Assembly (NCBI GenBank): GCA_963752285.1 | Contig: CAVVXN010000005.1 | Location: 1,600,001-1,664,000, forward strand | DNA length: 64,000 nt | Reading direction: 5' to 3' | From: an uncultured Planctomycetota bacterium | Lineage (GTDB): Bacteria; Planctomycetota; PLA2; JAEUHO01 | Shown: piece after piece, positions 9,953 to 21,100 of the stretch | Layout of the letters: every line of letters begins with the position of its first letter | Numbering within the stretch: position 1 is the stretch's first letter | Notes under the pieces: generated by a model | Told to the model about the DNA's origin: nothing | What the model saw: only the letters and a program-made list of their open reading frames with translations | Database searches by the model: none | Made by a program: the position numbers and the translations under genes

Positions 9953-11087
9953 GGCCGAGGCCGTGCCTCTGGAGGTGGTAGCGGAGCTGGGCGTACGTAA
10001 TCCCGAGCGCCCGGGCGGCCGCCGCCCGGTTCCCGTCGGCCCGGCGGAGCGCGCGCTCGAGCGACCCGCGCGCGAACGCGTCCACCTGCTGCGGGCCCCC
10101 CCCGCCAGGTCGGGCGCCCGGGGCCCGTCGAGGCCCAGGTCCTCCGGCGCGATCTCGTTGGTGATGTCCCGGCACGCCGCGCGTTCGATCCCGTTCTTGA
10201 GCTCTCGGACGTTTCCCGGGAACGAATGCCTCTCGAGCGCGCGGATCGCCGCGTCGGAGAGGCGCTTCCCTCCGAGCGCGGGGATCGCGCGCGAGAATGG
10301 GTCGAGGACGTGCCGCGCGAAGAGCGCGACGTCTCCCTCGCGCTCCCCGAGCGGCGGCATGACGATCACCCCGAACGCGAGCCGAACGTAGAGGTCCGAG
10401 AGGAACCGCCCGTCGCGCATGCGCTCGACGAGGTCCACGTTCGTCGCGGCGATGATCCGTGCGGTGCTCCGGAGCTCCCGCACGCCACCGACGCGCGGGT
10501 AGGTGCCGTCCTCGACCACGCGCAGGATCCTCTGCTGGAACGCCGCCGACATGTGGGCGATCTCGTCCCGGAAGAGCGTGCCGTGGTCGGCCGGCTCGAA
10601 CCGTCCGGGCGGCGCGCGGTCCGCGCCGGTGAAGGCGCCCCGCTCGTGCCCGAAGGGCTCCCTCTCGAGCAACGGCTCGGCGAAGGCGGCGCAGTTCACG
10701 GTGACCATCGGCCCCACGTCCGCGCCCCGGGCGAGGTGGATCGCGTGCGCCTCGAGCTCCTTCCCCGTGCCCCGCTCGCCCTCGATCCGCACGGACCGCG
10801 GGATCGCCGCCACCCGACGCGCCTGGTCGAGCGCCCGGCGGATCCGCGGCGACTCGCCGACGATCTGGAACCGCGCCTCGAGCCCCCGGCGGAGCCTCGC
10901 GTTCTGCTCGCCGAGGCGCCGCTTCCGCTCGGCGATCTCGAAGCCCGCCTGGAGCTCCCCGAGGAGCGTGGCCACCCGGTCCTCGAGGTTCGGCCCGCAC
11001 ACGAGGAAATCGCGGGCGCCGGCCAGGACGGCGTCCGAGGCGCGCGCGGAGCCGCCGAGGCGGAGCGCGACGGCGGGGACGTCGACC
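9953..11087 (-). pseudogene. Degenerate sigma-54-dependent (NtrC/PspF-like) transcriptional activator
   Basis: GERGTGKE, GAFTGA, FPGNVREL present but with non-consensus substitutions (EREPFGH, LFRDEI); only the tail of a receiver domain remains; the Fis-type HTH (GNRAAAARALGITYAQLRYHL) is in another frame after a C8 run at about 10096-10103. Boundaries approximate. Confidence 0.75.
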
Positions 11088-11134
11088 GGACGGACCCGTC
11101 GTGAGGGTCTTGCCGATGCGACACTCGACACGGC

Positions 11135-11764
11135 ATGCGGCCGGTCGTCGTCTTCGATCTGGACGGGACGCTCGTGGACTCGCTCCCGGGCATCGTGGAG
11201 AGCTTTCGCGCCGCCTTCGCGGCGCGGGGGCTCCCACCGCCGCCGCCCCGTGCGGTCTACGCCCAGATCGGCAAGCCCCTGGAGAGCATGTGCGCGGCGT
11301 TCGCCGAGCCGCAGGAGGTGCCGCGCCTGGCGGCGGCGTACCGCGCGCACTACCTCGACACGGCCTGCGACACGAGCCGCGCCTTCCCGGGCGTGGCCGA
11401 CGTGCTCGCCACGCTCGGCGCACGCGGGGTGCTTCGCGTCGTCGCGACGACGAAACGCTCGGACCTCGCGCGCCGGATGGCGACGGCGGCCGGGCTCGAC
11501 GACGTGCTGGACCACGTGCAGGGCACGGACGGGTTCGCCGCGAAGCCCGCGCCGGACGTCGTCCACCGCGCGATCGCGGCGGTCGGGGGCCGCGGCCTCT
11601 GGATGGTCGGCGACACCGTCCACGACGTCGAGGCCGGACGCGCGGCGGGAATTTCGACGTACGCGGTGACGTGGCCGGGTGGCGACGGCTCGCGCGTTCG
11701 CGCTGCGCGTCCCGACGTGGTCGCGCCGGACCTCGGTCGGCTTCTCGACCTCTGCCCGGCTTGA
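11135..11764 (+). CDS. HAD-family hydrolase (phosphoglycolate phosphatase-like)
   Basis: FDLDGTLVDS, KPAP, MVGDTVHDVEAGRAAG motifs. Confidence 0.9.
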   Translation: MRPVVVFDLDGTLVDSLPGIVESFRAAFAARGLPPPPPRAVYAQIGKPLESMCAAFAEPQEVPRLAAAYRAHYLDTACDTSRAFPGVADVLATLGARGVLRVVATTKRSDLARRMATAAGLDDVLDHVQGTDGFAAKPAPDVVHRAIAAVGGRGLWMVGDTVHDVEAGRAAGISTYAVTWPGGDGSRVRAARPDVVAPDLGRLLDLCPA

Positions 11765-11777
11765 CCGGGCGCGCGCG

Positions 11778-13433
11778 TCACGCGGGGGCGCCGGGCTCCC
11801 CCTCGCCCTCGCCGGTCAGCGCCGCGCCGGCGTCGAGGAGCGCCTCCAGGTGCGACTCGGAGACGAAGCTCTCCGCGTAGATCTTCGCGATCGGCTCCGT
11901 GCCCGACGGCCGCACCGCGAGCCACCCGTTGGACGTCGAGACCTTGATCCCGCCGATCCGCGCGCCGTTGCCCGCGGCCGTGGTCCTCCGCTCGACGACG
12001 GGGTCCCCCGCCAGCGTCGGGCTCGGCACGTCGTCGGGAGCGAGCGCGGCGAGGCGCTCACGCACCTCGGCCGACGCGAAGACGTCCCGTCGCCGGTAGA
12101 ACGGCCGGCCCAGCTCCTCGGCGATCTCCTCGAAGAGCTGGCCGGGGTCACGCCCGGTTCGCGCGCGCATCTCCGCCGCCAGGAGCCCGAGCAGGATGCC
12201 GTCCTTGTCGGTCGTCCACGGGTGCCCGTCCCGCGAGAGGAAGCTCGCGCCGGCGCTCTCCTCCCCGCCGAACACGATCCGCGCGGCCGCGAGCTCTTCG
12301 GCGAACCACTTGAACCCGACCGGTACCTCGTAGATGCCGCGGCGTTCGACCTTCGCAACGCGGTCGAGGAGCGAGCTCGTGACCAGCGTCTTGCCGATGC
12401 GGGCCTCGTGGGACCAGCTGAGGCGCGTGCGCAGGAGGTAGCGAATCGCGACGGCGAGGTACCGGTTCGGGTCGAGCAGCCCCGCCGACGGAGCGACGAT
12501 CCCGTGGCGGTCGGCATCGGGATCGGTGCCGAACGCGACGTCGAATCGGTCCTTCATCGCGATGAGCGGGGCCATCGCGTACGGCGACGAGCAGTCCATG
12601 CGGATCTTGCCGTCGTGGTCGAGGGTCATGAAGGCGAAGCGCGGGTCCAGCCGGTCGTTCACGACCGTGACGTCGAGGCCGTGCGCCTCGGCCAGCGCCG
12701 CCACGTAGGGCAGCGCGGACCCGCCGAGCGGGTCGATCCCGATCCTGACGCCCGCGTCCCGGATCGCGCCGAGGTCGATGGCCCGCGCGAGGTCGGGCAC
12801 GTAGGAGGAGACGAAGTCCCGCTCCTGCGACCGCGCGGCCGCCGCGGCGCGCTCGAAGGGGAGCCGCCGGACGCCCTCGAGGCCGGACGCGAGGTACGCG
12901 TTCGCCCGGTCCTGGATGTCCTTCGTGACGCGCGAACCGGCGGGGCCTCCGTGCGGCGGGTTGTACTTGAAGCCTCCGTCGCAGGGGGGATTGTGGGAAG
13001 GCGTGACGACCACCCCGTCGGAGGGGTCCTCGCCGTGGTCACGGTTCCAGACCAGGATCTCGTGCGAGATCACCGGTGTCGGCGCGAACCCGTCGTCCAC
13101 CTGGCGGATCGTCCAGACCTCGTTCGCGGTGAAGACCTCGAGTGCGGTCCGCTCGGCCGGCCGCGACAGCGCGTGGGTGTCCTTGCCCAGGAACAGCGGG
13201 CCCCGGATCCGCGCCCCCCGACGGTGGTCGGCGATCGCCTGCGCGATCGCCGCGACGTGATCGTCGTTGAACGACCCGTCCGAGGACGTCCCGCGATGGC
13301 CGCTCGTCCCGAAGGCCACCCGCTGGGCCGGCGAGCTCGGATCCGGGTGGACGTCCGCATAGTCCGCGAGCAGCCGGTCCACGTCCACCAGGACGTCCTG
13401 GGGCGCGGGTTCGCCGGCGCGCGGATCGACCAT
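11778..13433 (-). CDS. pgm: Phosphoglucomutase (alpha-D-glucose-1,6-bisphosphate dependent)
   Basis: FGTSGHRG, TPSHNP, DPDADR, GFKWF, GEESAG, RPSGTEP motifs. Confidence 0.96.
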   Translation of the reverse strand: MVDPRAGEPAPQDVLVDVDRLLADYADVHPDPSSPAQRVAFGTSGHRGTSSDGSFNDDHVAAIAQAIADHRRGARIRGPLFLGKDTHALSRPAERTALEVFTANEVWTIRQVDDGFAPTPVISHEILVWNRDHGEDPSDGVVVTPSHNPPCDGGFKYNPPHGGPAGSRVTKDIQDRANAYLASGLEGVRRLPFERAAAAARSQERDFVSSYVPDLARAIDLGAIRDAGVRIGIDPLGGSALPYVAALAEAHGLDVTVVNDRLDPRFAFMTLDHDGKIRMDCSSPYAMAPLIAMKDRFDVAFGTDPDADRHGIVAPSAGLLDPNRYLAVAIRYLLRTRLSWSHEARIGKTLVTSSLLDRVAKVERRGIYEVPVGFKWFAEELAAARIVFGGEESAGASFLSRDGHPWTTDKDGILLGLLAAEMRARTGRDPGQLFEEIAEELGRPFYRRRDVFASAEVRERLAALAPDDVPSPTLAGDPVVERRTTAAGNGARIGGIKVSTSNGWLAVRPSGTEPIAKIYAESFVSESHLEALLDAGAALTGEGEGEPGAPA

Positions 13434-13522
13434 CGACGAACTCCTCCTGCCGACGCCTGCCCGCCTTCCTACCACGTCCGCGGGGCGTCAGGACGCCCGG
13501 CCCCCCCATTCCTCCGCCGATC

Positions 13523-14236
13523 TCAAGAGCGTCCCCACAGTCTTTCGAAGTCGCGCGCGATGCGGCGGATGCTCCGGGCGTGGAGCAGCTCGTGCCAGAC
13601 GAGCCGGCGAAGGACCTTCCTCGCGGTCCAGTCCTCGCCGCGGTCCCGGTGCCGACGCACGCGGTCGTCCGAGACCTCGAGATCGCCGAGGAACGCGAGC
13701 GTCGCCTCGCGACTCCGTTCGAGCGCCTCTTCGACGGGCGTGTCGGCCTCGAGCGCGAAGCCCGGGTCCCAACCGACGGACGCGAGGTAGTACGAGACCT
13801 CGCACCGCGCCACGTGGTCGAGGATCTGGAGGACGGACCTCCACGTGGCCCAGGGAGGGAACGACGCGTAGGGCGGCTCCCAGTCGAGCGCGCCCTCGGG
13901 GAGACCGCCGGCGGCCGCGAGCAGCTCCGCGCGCGCACGCTCGAGCAGCACGCGCGTTCGGGCGATGTCCTCGTCCGACGCCTCCAGCAGGTCCGCCGTG
14001 AAGCTCGGCTCGTCGCCGCGGACCCGCTCGACGACGCGCGGCGTGCCCGCGACCGCCGGCGGCTCGAGCCCGATCTCACGCAACCAGGCGCGGTGCTCCG
14101 TCACGCGCTCGGGGACCCGGACGAGCACCTCCTTCTCCGTCGGGGCCCACGTCGCGAAGCCCGGGAGGTCCAGGACCCAGGCCTGGCAGCCCGGATCGTG
14201 CGGCGGTCCGAAGAGGAGATGGACGTCGATGGACAT
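13523..14236 (-). CDS. DinB-like protein with HicB-like N-terminus
   Basis: AWVLDLPGFATWAPTEKE N-domain; ILDHVARCE and WTARKVLRRLVWHELLH His motifs. Confidence 0.7.
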   Translation of the reverse strand: MSIDVHLLFGPPHDPGCQAWVLDLPGFATWAPTEKEVLVRVPERVTEHRAWLREIGLEPPAVAGTPRVVERVRGDEPSFTADLLEASDEDIARTRVLLERARAELLAAAGGLPEGALDWEPPYASFPPWATWRSVLQILDHVARCEVSYYLASVGWDPGFALEADTPVEEALERSREATLAFLGDLEVSDDRVRRHRDRGEDWTARKVLRRLVWHELLHARSIRRIARDFERLWGRS

Positions 14237-14519
14237 GTGCGCGGGGGGCCCGAGCAACGCCCGGGACACGCCACGATACCCCTGCGGCCCCCGACGTCGC
14301 GGGCCAGGCCGGCGCCCTCCCGAGGCCGGCCGGGCCGAGAGCCCTTCGCGCGACGCGGTGTCCGCCGGATCCGAACCGCATCCTCGAGGACGGCGGTCGC
14401 GCGTCCGGCCGGCCCGCGCGGCCCGGTGCCGGGAGCCGGACAGCGCGGTCGCGAACGCACCTCGCGGTCGCGCCCGGCCGGGAACCCGTGCGCCCTTCGG
14501 GTGTAGGCTCGCGACGTCC

Positions 14520-15578
14520 ATGGGAGACCTGCCCGTGCCCGAGCCGTCTTGTCCTTCGCCCCTCGAGCGCCTCCAGCAGATGGCCGCGGGGTTCGTACCG
14601 GCGAAGATCCTCCTCGCGAGCGCGGAGCTCCGTCTCTTCGACCGCCTCCGGGCCGGTGACGCGACGGCGGCGGACGTGGCGGTCGAGCTCGGCGCCCCCG
14701 CCCGCGGCCTGGAGATCGTGCTCGACGCGCTCGTCGCGCTGGGCCTGGTCGAGAAGGACGCGGGGCGGTATCGCAACGCGCCCGCCTACGAGCCGTTCCT
14801 GGTCGAGGACGGGCCCACGCACTTCGTGGCCTCGCTCCGGCACCGGAACCGCCTCTTCCGGCACTGGGCCTTCCTGGAGGAGGTCGTGCTGGGCGGCGCC
14901 AAGCCCGCCGCGCTCGACGACCGGGGATCCCTGGAGGACCCGAAGCACAACGACGACTTCATCCGCGCGATGTACGCCGGATCGCACGCGCGCGTAGCGT
15001 CCGTCGTGGACCGGATCGACCTGGACGGCGTCCTGCAGGTGGCGGACGTCGGCGGGGGTCCGGGCCACTACCTCGCCGAGATCCTGCGGCGCCTGCCGAA
15101 GGCCCAGGGGTTCCTCGTGGACCTGCCCCTGACCATCCAGGCGGCGAAGCGCATCCGCGCGGACGGAGAGACGCGGGACCGGACCACGTACGTCGCGTGG
15201 GACTTCTACGCGGACGGACCGCCCCCCCGTCTGCCGCCGCTGGACCTGGTCTTCCTCTCGCAGGTCGTGCACGCGGCCTGTGCGGACGACAACACCGCGC
15301 TCTTCCGGCGCCTCGCCCCGCTCCTCCGTCCGGACGGACGGCTCGTCGTGCAGGAGCACGTCGTGGACCCCGACCGGACCACCCCGCGCGAGGCCGCGCT
15401 CTTCGCCGTGAACATGCTCGCGATGACGCCCGCCGGGACGACGTACACCGAGGCCGAGATCCGCCGATTCGCGGAGGGCGCCGGGCTGCTCCCCGACGGC
15501 GGCGAGCGCCTCGATGGCCGCGCCCACCTCCTCGTCTACCGCCGGCCGACGGAGGCCGAGCGGGTCCGCACGGACTGA
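14520..15578 (+). CDS. SAM-dependent O-methyltransferase (Methyltransf_2 with dimerisation domain)
   Basis: ADVGGGPG motif I, VDLP, DF, LSQVVH; N-terminal winged-helix dimerisation region. Confidence 0.9.
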   Translation: MGDLPVPEPSCPSPLERLQQMAAGFVPAKILLASAELRLFDRLRAGDATAADVAVELGAPARGLEIVLDALVALGLVEKDAGRYRNAPAYEPFLVEDGPTHFVASLRHRNRLFRHWAFLEEVVLGGAKPAALDDRGSLEDPKHNDDFIRAMYAGSHARVASVVDRIDLDGVLQVADVGGGPGHYLAEILRRLPKAQGFLVDLPLTIQAAKRIRADGETRDRTTYVAWDFYADGPPPRLPPLDLVFLSQVVHAACADDNTALFRRLAPLLRPDGRLVVQEHVVDPDRTTPREAALFAVNMLAMTPAGTTYTEAEIRRFAEGAGLLPDGGERLDGRAHLLVYRRPTEAERVRTD

Positions 15579-15714
15579 CGCGGGCGCGCGTCGGCGCGCG
15601 GCGTCCCTGGGGCGCGACGCCGGGGAGCGACACGGCGGCGGCGCGACCGCGGCCCGAAGGTGGGACGCTTCGCGGTCCGGCGCGGGACCGCTCCGACGGC
15701 CCTCGGGCCGTCGA

Positions 15715-16968
15715 TCAGGCCGGGTGCGGGGTGGGCGGGTAGTCGAAGTACGCGTCCCACGTCTCGTCGAGTCGCGAGAGCGCCTCCTCGAGCGGCACGG
15801 CGCGCCACGTCCCGTCGCCCCGCCTCTCGGCGAGGCGAAGGCGGAGGAGCTTCGCGAGGGCGTCCTCGGCGTCGAAGTCCAGCTCCACCTGGTACCGCTC
15901 GCGAAACCAGGTCTCGATCCGGCGATCGAGGGCGTCCTCTGCGAGATCCTCCTCCAGCAAGAACCGGTACGCGAGGAGCGTCTCCTTCAGCTCCTCGCCC
16001 TCCGCGCGGTCCACGAGCGCGGCGAGGACCCCGGAGTTGTTCGCGAGGTTCTTGTAGTAGAGGTTCTCGGTCAGGGTCTTCATGAACCGGATCTTCCGGT
16101 TCTTGTAGCCGAGCCACTGCTTCACCGCGTAGCTCGCGATCGCGGCGAGCCCGGCGCCGAGCGCGACGAGGCGGGCGCCGTCGATGACGGGGCGGTCCTT
16201 CGCGAAGCCGAGCCAGAACAGGACGAGCGCCACGACGAGGCCGATCACGGCCGCGAGCTTGGTCACGACGACGAACACGCCGGTCACGAGGGCGGGCACG
16301 CCCATCGCCACCTTGTCGATCGTCTTCATCCGGACCTCGGAGTTGGGGAGGAGCATCTCGAGGTCGGCGCACGGGATGTCGGAGAAGAGCTTCAGGATCG
16401 TGGACCCGGGCCGGAACGGGAGTCCTTCTCTCGGGCGCTCCCGCGCCTCGAAGTGCGCCGCGTCCGCGAAGATCGCGAGCATCAGGACGCGCTCGTACGT
16501 CGCGACGTCGATCTCTCGGCGGGACAGGCCCGCGAAGCGGACCAGCGTCTCCTTTCGGACCGTCTCGCCCCGGCGGTACAGCCGCAGCTCCTGGAGGTCG
16601 TCGAAGTTCACGTGCAGCCGGATCCGGAAGAGCGACTCCTCCTCCATCGCACGGTGGATCTCGTCCTCGGAGACGCGGACGTAGTTCGCGCAGACGAGCA
16701 CGGCCTCGAGCCCCTCCAGCAGGCGCCGCCTCGCGTCCGCGCGCTCGGCGTCGGTCGGCGGCCGGAGCACGCGCGTGTCCCGGTCCGGGTCGAAGGGCAC
16801 GTACGCGTCCCGCAGCCCGTCGAGCCGGGCCTGGAACTCGAAGTGGAACGTCGCCTCGAGGATCCGCGAGAGCGCCCGGAAGCGGTCCCCCTCGGTCTCG
16901 TCGAGCCCGTCCCGCTCGAGGCACATCTCGAGCACTTCCTTGCGACGGAAGGGGACGAAGTGGTCCAT
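15715..16968 (-). CDS. TMEM143/DUF3754 family membrane protein
   Basis: HFVPFRR, YVPFDPD, LKLFSDIPCADLEMLLPN, LYYKNLANNSGV, EELKETLLAY motifs. Confidence 0.85.
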   Translation of the reverse strand: MDHFVPFRRKEVLEMCLERDGLDETEGDRFRALSRILEATFHFEFQARLDGLRDAYVPFDPDRDTRVLRPPTDAERADARRRLLEGLEAVLVCANYVRVSEDEIHRAMEEESLFRIRLHVNFDDLQELRLYRRGETVRKETLVRFAGLSRREIDVATYERVLMLAIFADAAHFEARERPREGLPFRPGSTILKLFSDIPCADLEMLLPNSEVRMKTIDKVAMGVPALVTGVFVVVTKLAAVIGLVVALVLFWLGFAKDRPVIDGARLVALGAGLAAIASYAVKQWLGYKNRKIRFMKTLTENLYYKNLANNSGVLAALVDRAEGEELKETLLAYRFLLEEDLAEDALDRRIETWFRERYQVELDFDAEDALAKLLRLRLAERRGDGTWRAVPLEEALSRLDETWDAYFDYPPTPHPA

Positions 16969-17229
16969 CGGCGCTCTTCTCCCCGCGGCCCGCACCGCCG
17001 TCCCGCGGCGTCTCGGGGGTCCGTAGCCGGCGGCGCGAACCCGACGACGAGCCGCCCCGCGGGTCCGGACGACACCTCGGGGACTCCTCCTCGTCGAGGA
17101 CGCGCGAGAATACAGGCGACGGGGCGGTCGGCTCCTCGCCACCGATCGATCGGGGCGGAGGAGCCCCGCTCCCATCCGCTCAGGGGCCGGTCGCGCGCCG
17201 GTGCGCCGCGCTGTGGGTCCGGCATCGCA

Positions 17230-18033
17230 TCATCCGCACGCGTGTGCTCCACCACAGCCGGTTCCTGCCGCGGGCGCACTCCCCTCCGGAACCGTCGTCG
17301 TCTCGGGGACCGGCGGCGCGTCGCGGGCCGTTCGCGGATCGGCGGGCGGCGAGGCCTTCGGCTCGGGGTTCGACAACGGCGGGGGCGCGGGCATGGGCTT
17401 CGCCGCGGTCGGCGCGGACTCGGCGCCGCGGGCGGAGGCCGGAGCCACGCAAGGGGCCGATGGCCGGTTCGGATCGAGGGTGACGCCGGGCGTGTCCCCC
17501 CGAGGCCCCAGGCGCGTCGCCTCGGGACTCAAGTTGTAGAGGAGGTATCTCAACGCGTTCCGACTCTGCTCCGGGTCCTCGGTGCGCAGGCCCTGAACCA
17601 CGTCCACGAAGAACTCCCGTGCCTCCTCGTCGCTGCGGCCGAGCCGATCGAGCTGCCAGCGGATCTGGTAGAGCAACGCGAGGTCGGCGGGCTCCGCCCC
17701 GGGTGGATCGAGGAGCGACGCGAGCGTCGGGAGACCGGACTCCGACGGCCCGACGGTCCGCGCCGCCACCAGACCCAGCCCGACACAGGAGGCGGACGCC
17801 CACAGGAAGAAGGACACGAGCCGCGCGACGCGCAGTCCGGGCTCGATTGCGGCCGGCGACGTCTCCTGGGATCGGGCTTGCCAGAGGAGCGCGCTCGCCG
17901 CGACCCACACCGGGGTGAGGACCAGTCGCACCGGCTCGGCGACGAACACGAGGATGGCGGCCGTACCCGCACCGGCCAGCAACGCGAGCGGGTGCGGAAG
18001 CAGCGACTTCAGGCCTGACGCGGTGCGCACCAT
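17230..18033 (-). CDS. Hypothetical membrane protein with Pro/Ala-rich tail
   Basis: About three hydrophobic segments then a helical region; divergent from the kinase; start uncertain. Confidence 0.45.
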   Translation of the reverse strand: MVRTASGLKSLLPHPLALLAGAGTAAILVFVAEPVRLVLTPVWVAASALLWQARSQETSPAAIEPGLRVARLVSFFLWASASCVGLGLVAARTVGPSESGLPTLASLLDPPGAEPADLALLYQIRWQLDRLGRSDEEAREFFVDVVQGLRTEDPEQSRNALRYLLYNLSPEATRLGPRGDTPGVTLDPNRPSAPCVAPASARGAESAPTAAKPMPAPPPLSNPEPKASPPADPRTARDAPPVPETTTVPEGSAPAAGTGCGGAHACG

Positions 18034-18194
18034 GGGAGCTTCGGCTGGGGGCGAGCCCTCCTCCTCGTCGTTGGGCCCGCGTCGAAGTGTAGGGATCCCG
18101 AGACTCCCCCGCAACGTCCCCGCGGCGGGGATCGAAGGGGGGGATTCTGGCGAAATGGACGGTTTGGTACCCTGCCGCACCGCGGGGGGAGGCC

Positions 18195-21100
18195 TTGGAT
18201 CCGAACGACACCAGAACACGGCTGCAAGAGGAGCTGCGCGATCTGAGGGCCCGGGGTCCACGCGTGCGTGCCTCCGAGCTCCTCGACCGCCACCCGGATC
18301 TCCTCCCGGTCTTCCTCGAGTGGCTCGGGGGCGCACGCCAGGCGAGCCCGGTCCACGGGGGAGTCGCGCCGGTCGGCCTTCCCCCGCTGCGCGTCGTGCC
18401 GGGCGACCGCTACGAGTCGTTCTCGGTCGTGGGAAGAGGCGGGCAGGGGATCGTCTACCGAGCCACGGACATCGACCTCCAACGGGACGTCGCGTTCAAG
18501 GCCCTGCGGACCGTGGCCGCCGATCTCCCGAACGGCGCCGTGCCGGGAACTCCCTGGGACCTCCCCGCGCCGACCGGGCCCGGGGACTCGGACCTGGCTC
18601 TCACACGCGAGCGGTTCCTCCAGGAGGCCCTGATCACGGGAGGACTCTCCCACCCGGGGATCGCGCCGCTGTACGAGATCGGTCAGACGCCGCTCGGCGT
18701 TCCGTACTACACGATGCGCTTCATCAAGGGGGAGACGACGCTCCGCACGCGCATGGCCGACCTGGCCGTTGCCGGCGTCGAGGCCCGCCTCGCGTTGCTC
18801 GAGCCCTACCTCAAGGTGTGCGACACGATCGAGTACGCGCACTCCCGAGGCGTCGTGCATCGAGATCTGAAACCGGAGAACGTCGCCATCGGCCGGTACG
18901 GCGAGGTCGTCGTCCTCGACTGGGGACTGGCCGCCATGCTCCCGGAGATCGCGGCGAGCCGCAGTCACTGGCACCAGGCCGTGGAGAAGCTGAAGCGCGG
19001 CCGGGAGAACGTGGAGTCGGGCGTGCTGGGGACGCCCGGGTACATGGCCCCCGAAACGTTCAGCGGCGCGAACGAGACCCCGGGCACCTCGGGCGACGTC
19101 TATGCCCTCGGCACGATCTTGTACGAAATCCTCACCGGGCGGCACCCTCACAGCTATCGGAGCCTGGCCGAGTACGTGGAGCGGGTCACGCGGGAAGACC
19201 CCGCGCCCGCTCGCTCCGTGGACCCCGCCGTCCCCGAGGAGCTGTCTTCCCTCTCAACGCGGGCGCTGGCTCGTCATCCGGAGCGTCGGCCGTCGAGCAT
19301 CGGCGACCTGACGGCGGAGATCCGTGCGTGGCAGTCCCGGACGGCGATGGACCGGGAGGTTGGCGGTCTCCTTCGGGAGGCCCGCACCCTCTTGGACCAC
19401 GCCGAAGGGATGTCGGGCGAGGACCTTCTCCGTGAGGTGGACCGCGCGGCGGCGCCCCTGCACCAGGTGCTCCGTCTCCGCCCCGGGGAAGGGACGGCCC
19501 AGCAGGAGATGCGGCGCGCGTCGGCGCTTCGTGAACGAGCGCAGGCGGAGCACCGTGCGGCCGTGGAGCTGGCGGCGCGCCGAAGCTCCGCGGAGTCGCG
19601 TCGCCGCGCCGTGCGTAGAATCGCGTTCAGCGCGTCGCTGCTCGTCGTGGCCGCGACCGTCGTCGCCGCCCTGTACGCATCCGATCGACGGCGGGACGCC
19701 GAACGCAACGCCGCCCGCGCCGCGAGCGCAGAAGAGCAGGCGCGGACGCGACTGGGGCAGACCCTGGCGCACCTGTCCGTAGCCTACGGCCAGGAGGGTC
19801 GCCGAGCCGCCGCGCGCCTGGCCTCGGCCACGGCGCTGGAGACGCGACCTACACCGGACACCTGGCGCGCCCTGGCCTCGGCGGCGCGCTTCGCCCTTCC
19901 CACGTTCCGCGCCGTGAGCCTGAACGTGCACGTGTTGTCGCTCGCGTTCGACCCGGCGCGGGGCCTCCTGTACGCCGGGTGCGAGGACGGAGACGTGCGC
20001 GTGTGGGATCTCGGCTCCGGCGCCGAGCAGCGGGAGTTCCATGCGCACGACGATCCCGTGACGGCCCTCGCGCTGTCCCGAGACGGTAGGCATCTCTACA
20101 CGGGCGGAGCCGGGCTGATCCGCAAGTGGGACGCCGTGGACGAGAAGGTGCTGGACACCCTGGTCGGGATGCGGGGCGCTGTGCGGCGCATCCTCGTCAC
20201 GGACGGGGAGGAGGTGCTCATCGCGATCGATGGCGGTCCCACGGGGGGCCGTGGGCCGGACGGCGAGGGGAGCGAAGAGGCCGGCGAAGCGCCGACGACG
20301 AGCACGGTGCAGGTGTGGGACCTGAAGGAGCGGGACAAGCCGTGGCACATCGAGGGAGTCGAGGGATTCTCGCCGGGCGCCGTTTGCCTGGACCCGCGCG
20401 CCGGCAGCCTGCTGGTCGGAGCCGAGGGCACGGTGATCGAGTGGTCCCTTTCGGCGCGGCGCCCGATCCGGGCGTTCCACGTGGCCGTCGGCCGAGTCTC
20501 CGACCTGTGGGTCACTGCCGACGGAAGCCTCCTCTTCGTGGCGACGGAGGGCGCGGGGGACGAGCGGTTCCCCGTCGAGATCCGGGACCGCAAGACCTTC
20601 GAGGTCAGGAGCCGGGTCGGGCAGAAGGTGCTCGGCGGGTTCGACCGATTGGCTTTCGACGCCCGCGACCGGGTTCTCTACGCGAGCCGGACGCGCGGGG
20701 GCTGGATCGACGCCTGGAGCCTGCGGGCCGACGAACCCGAGGAACAGCCCGGAAGGCGAGGGAGATCTCCCGTGCTGGTCCTGCCGTCGGTCGCACGCGT
20801 GGTGGCGCGGCACGACGAGGACTCGCTCTGCGTGTACTCCGCTCGCGGCTCGCAGCGCGTTCTCGCGCAGCTTCCCGTCGGCCATGCACACGCCATCCGG
20901 AAGGCGGCCGGATCTCCCGACGGACGCCGCCTGATCACGTGGGACCACTCCGGCGTGCTGCGGACCTGGGAGTGCGAGCCTTGGCAATGCACAGCTCGGA
21001 CGTCGGGTCTGGGGGCCGTCCAGGCCCTGGCGGTCGCGCCCCTGGGGACGGATCGTGCCGCCGTGGCCCAGGCGTCTCGCGTCACCTGGATCGACACGAC

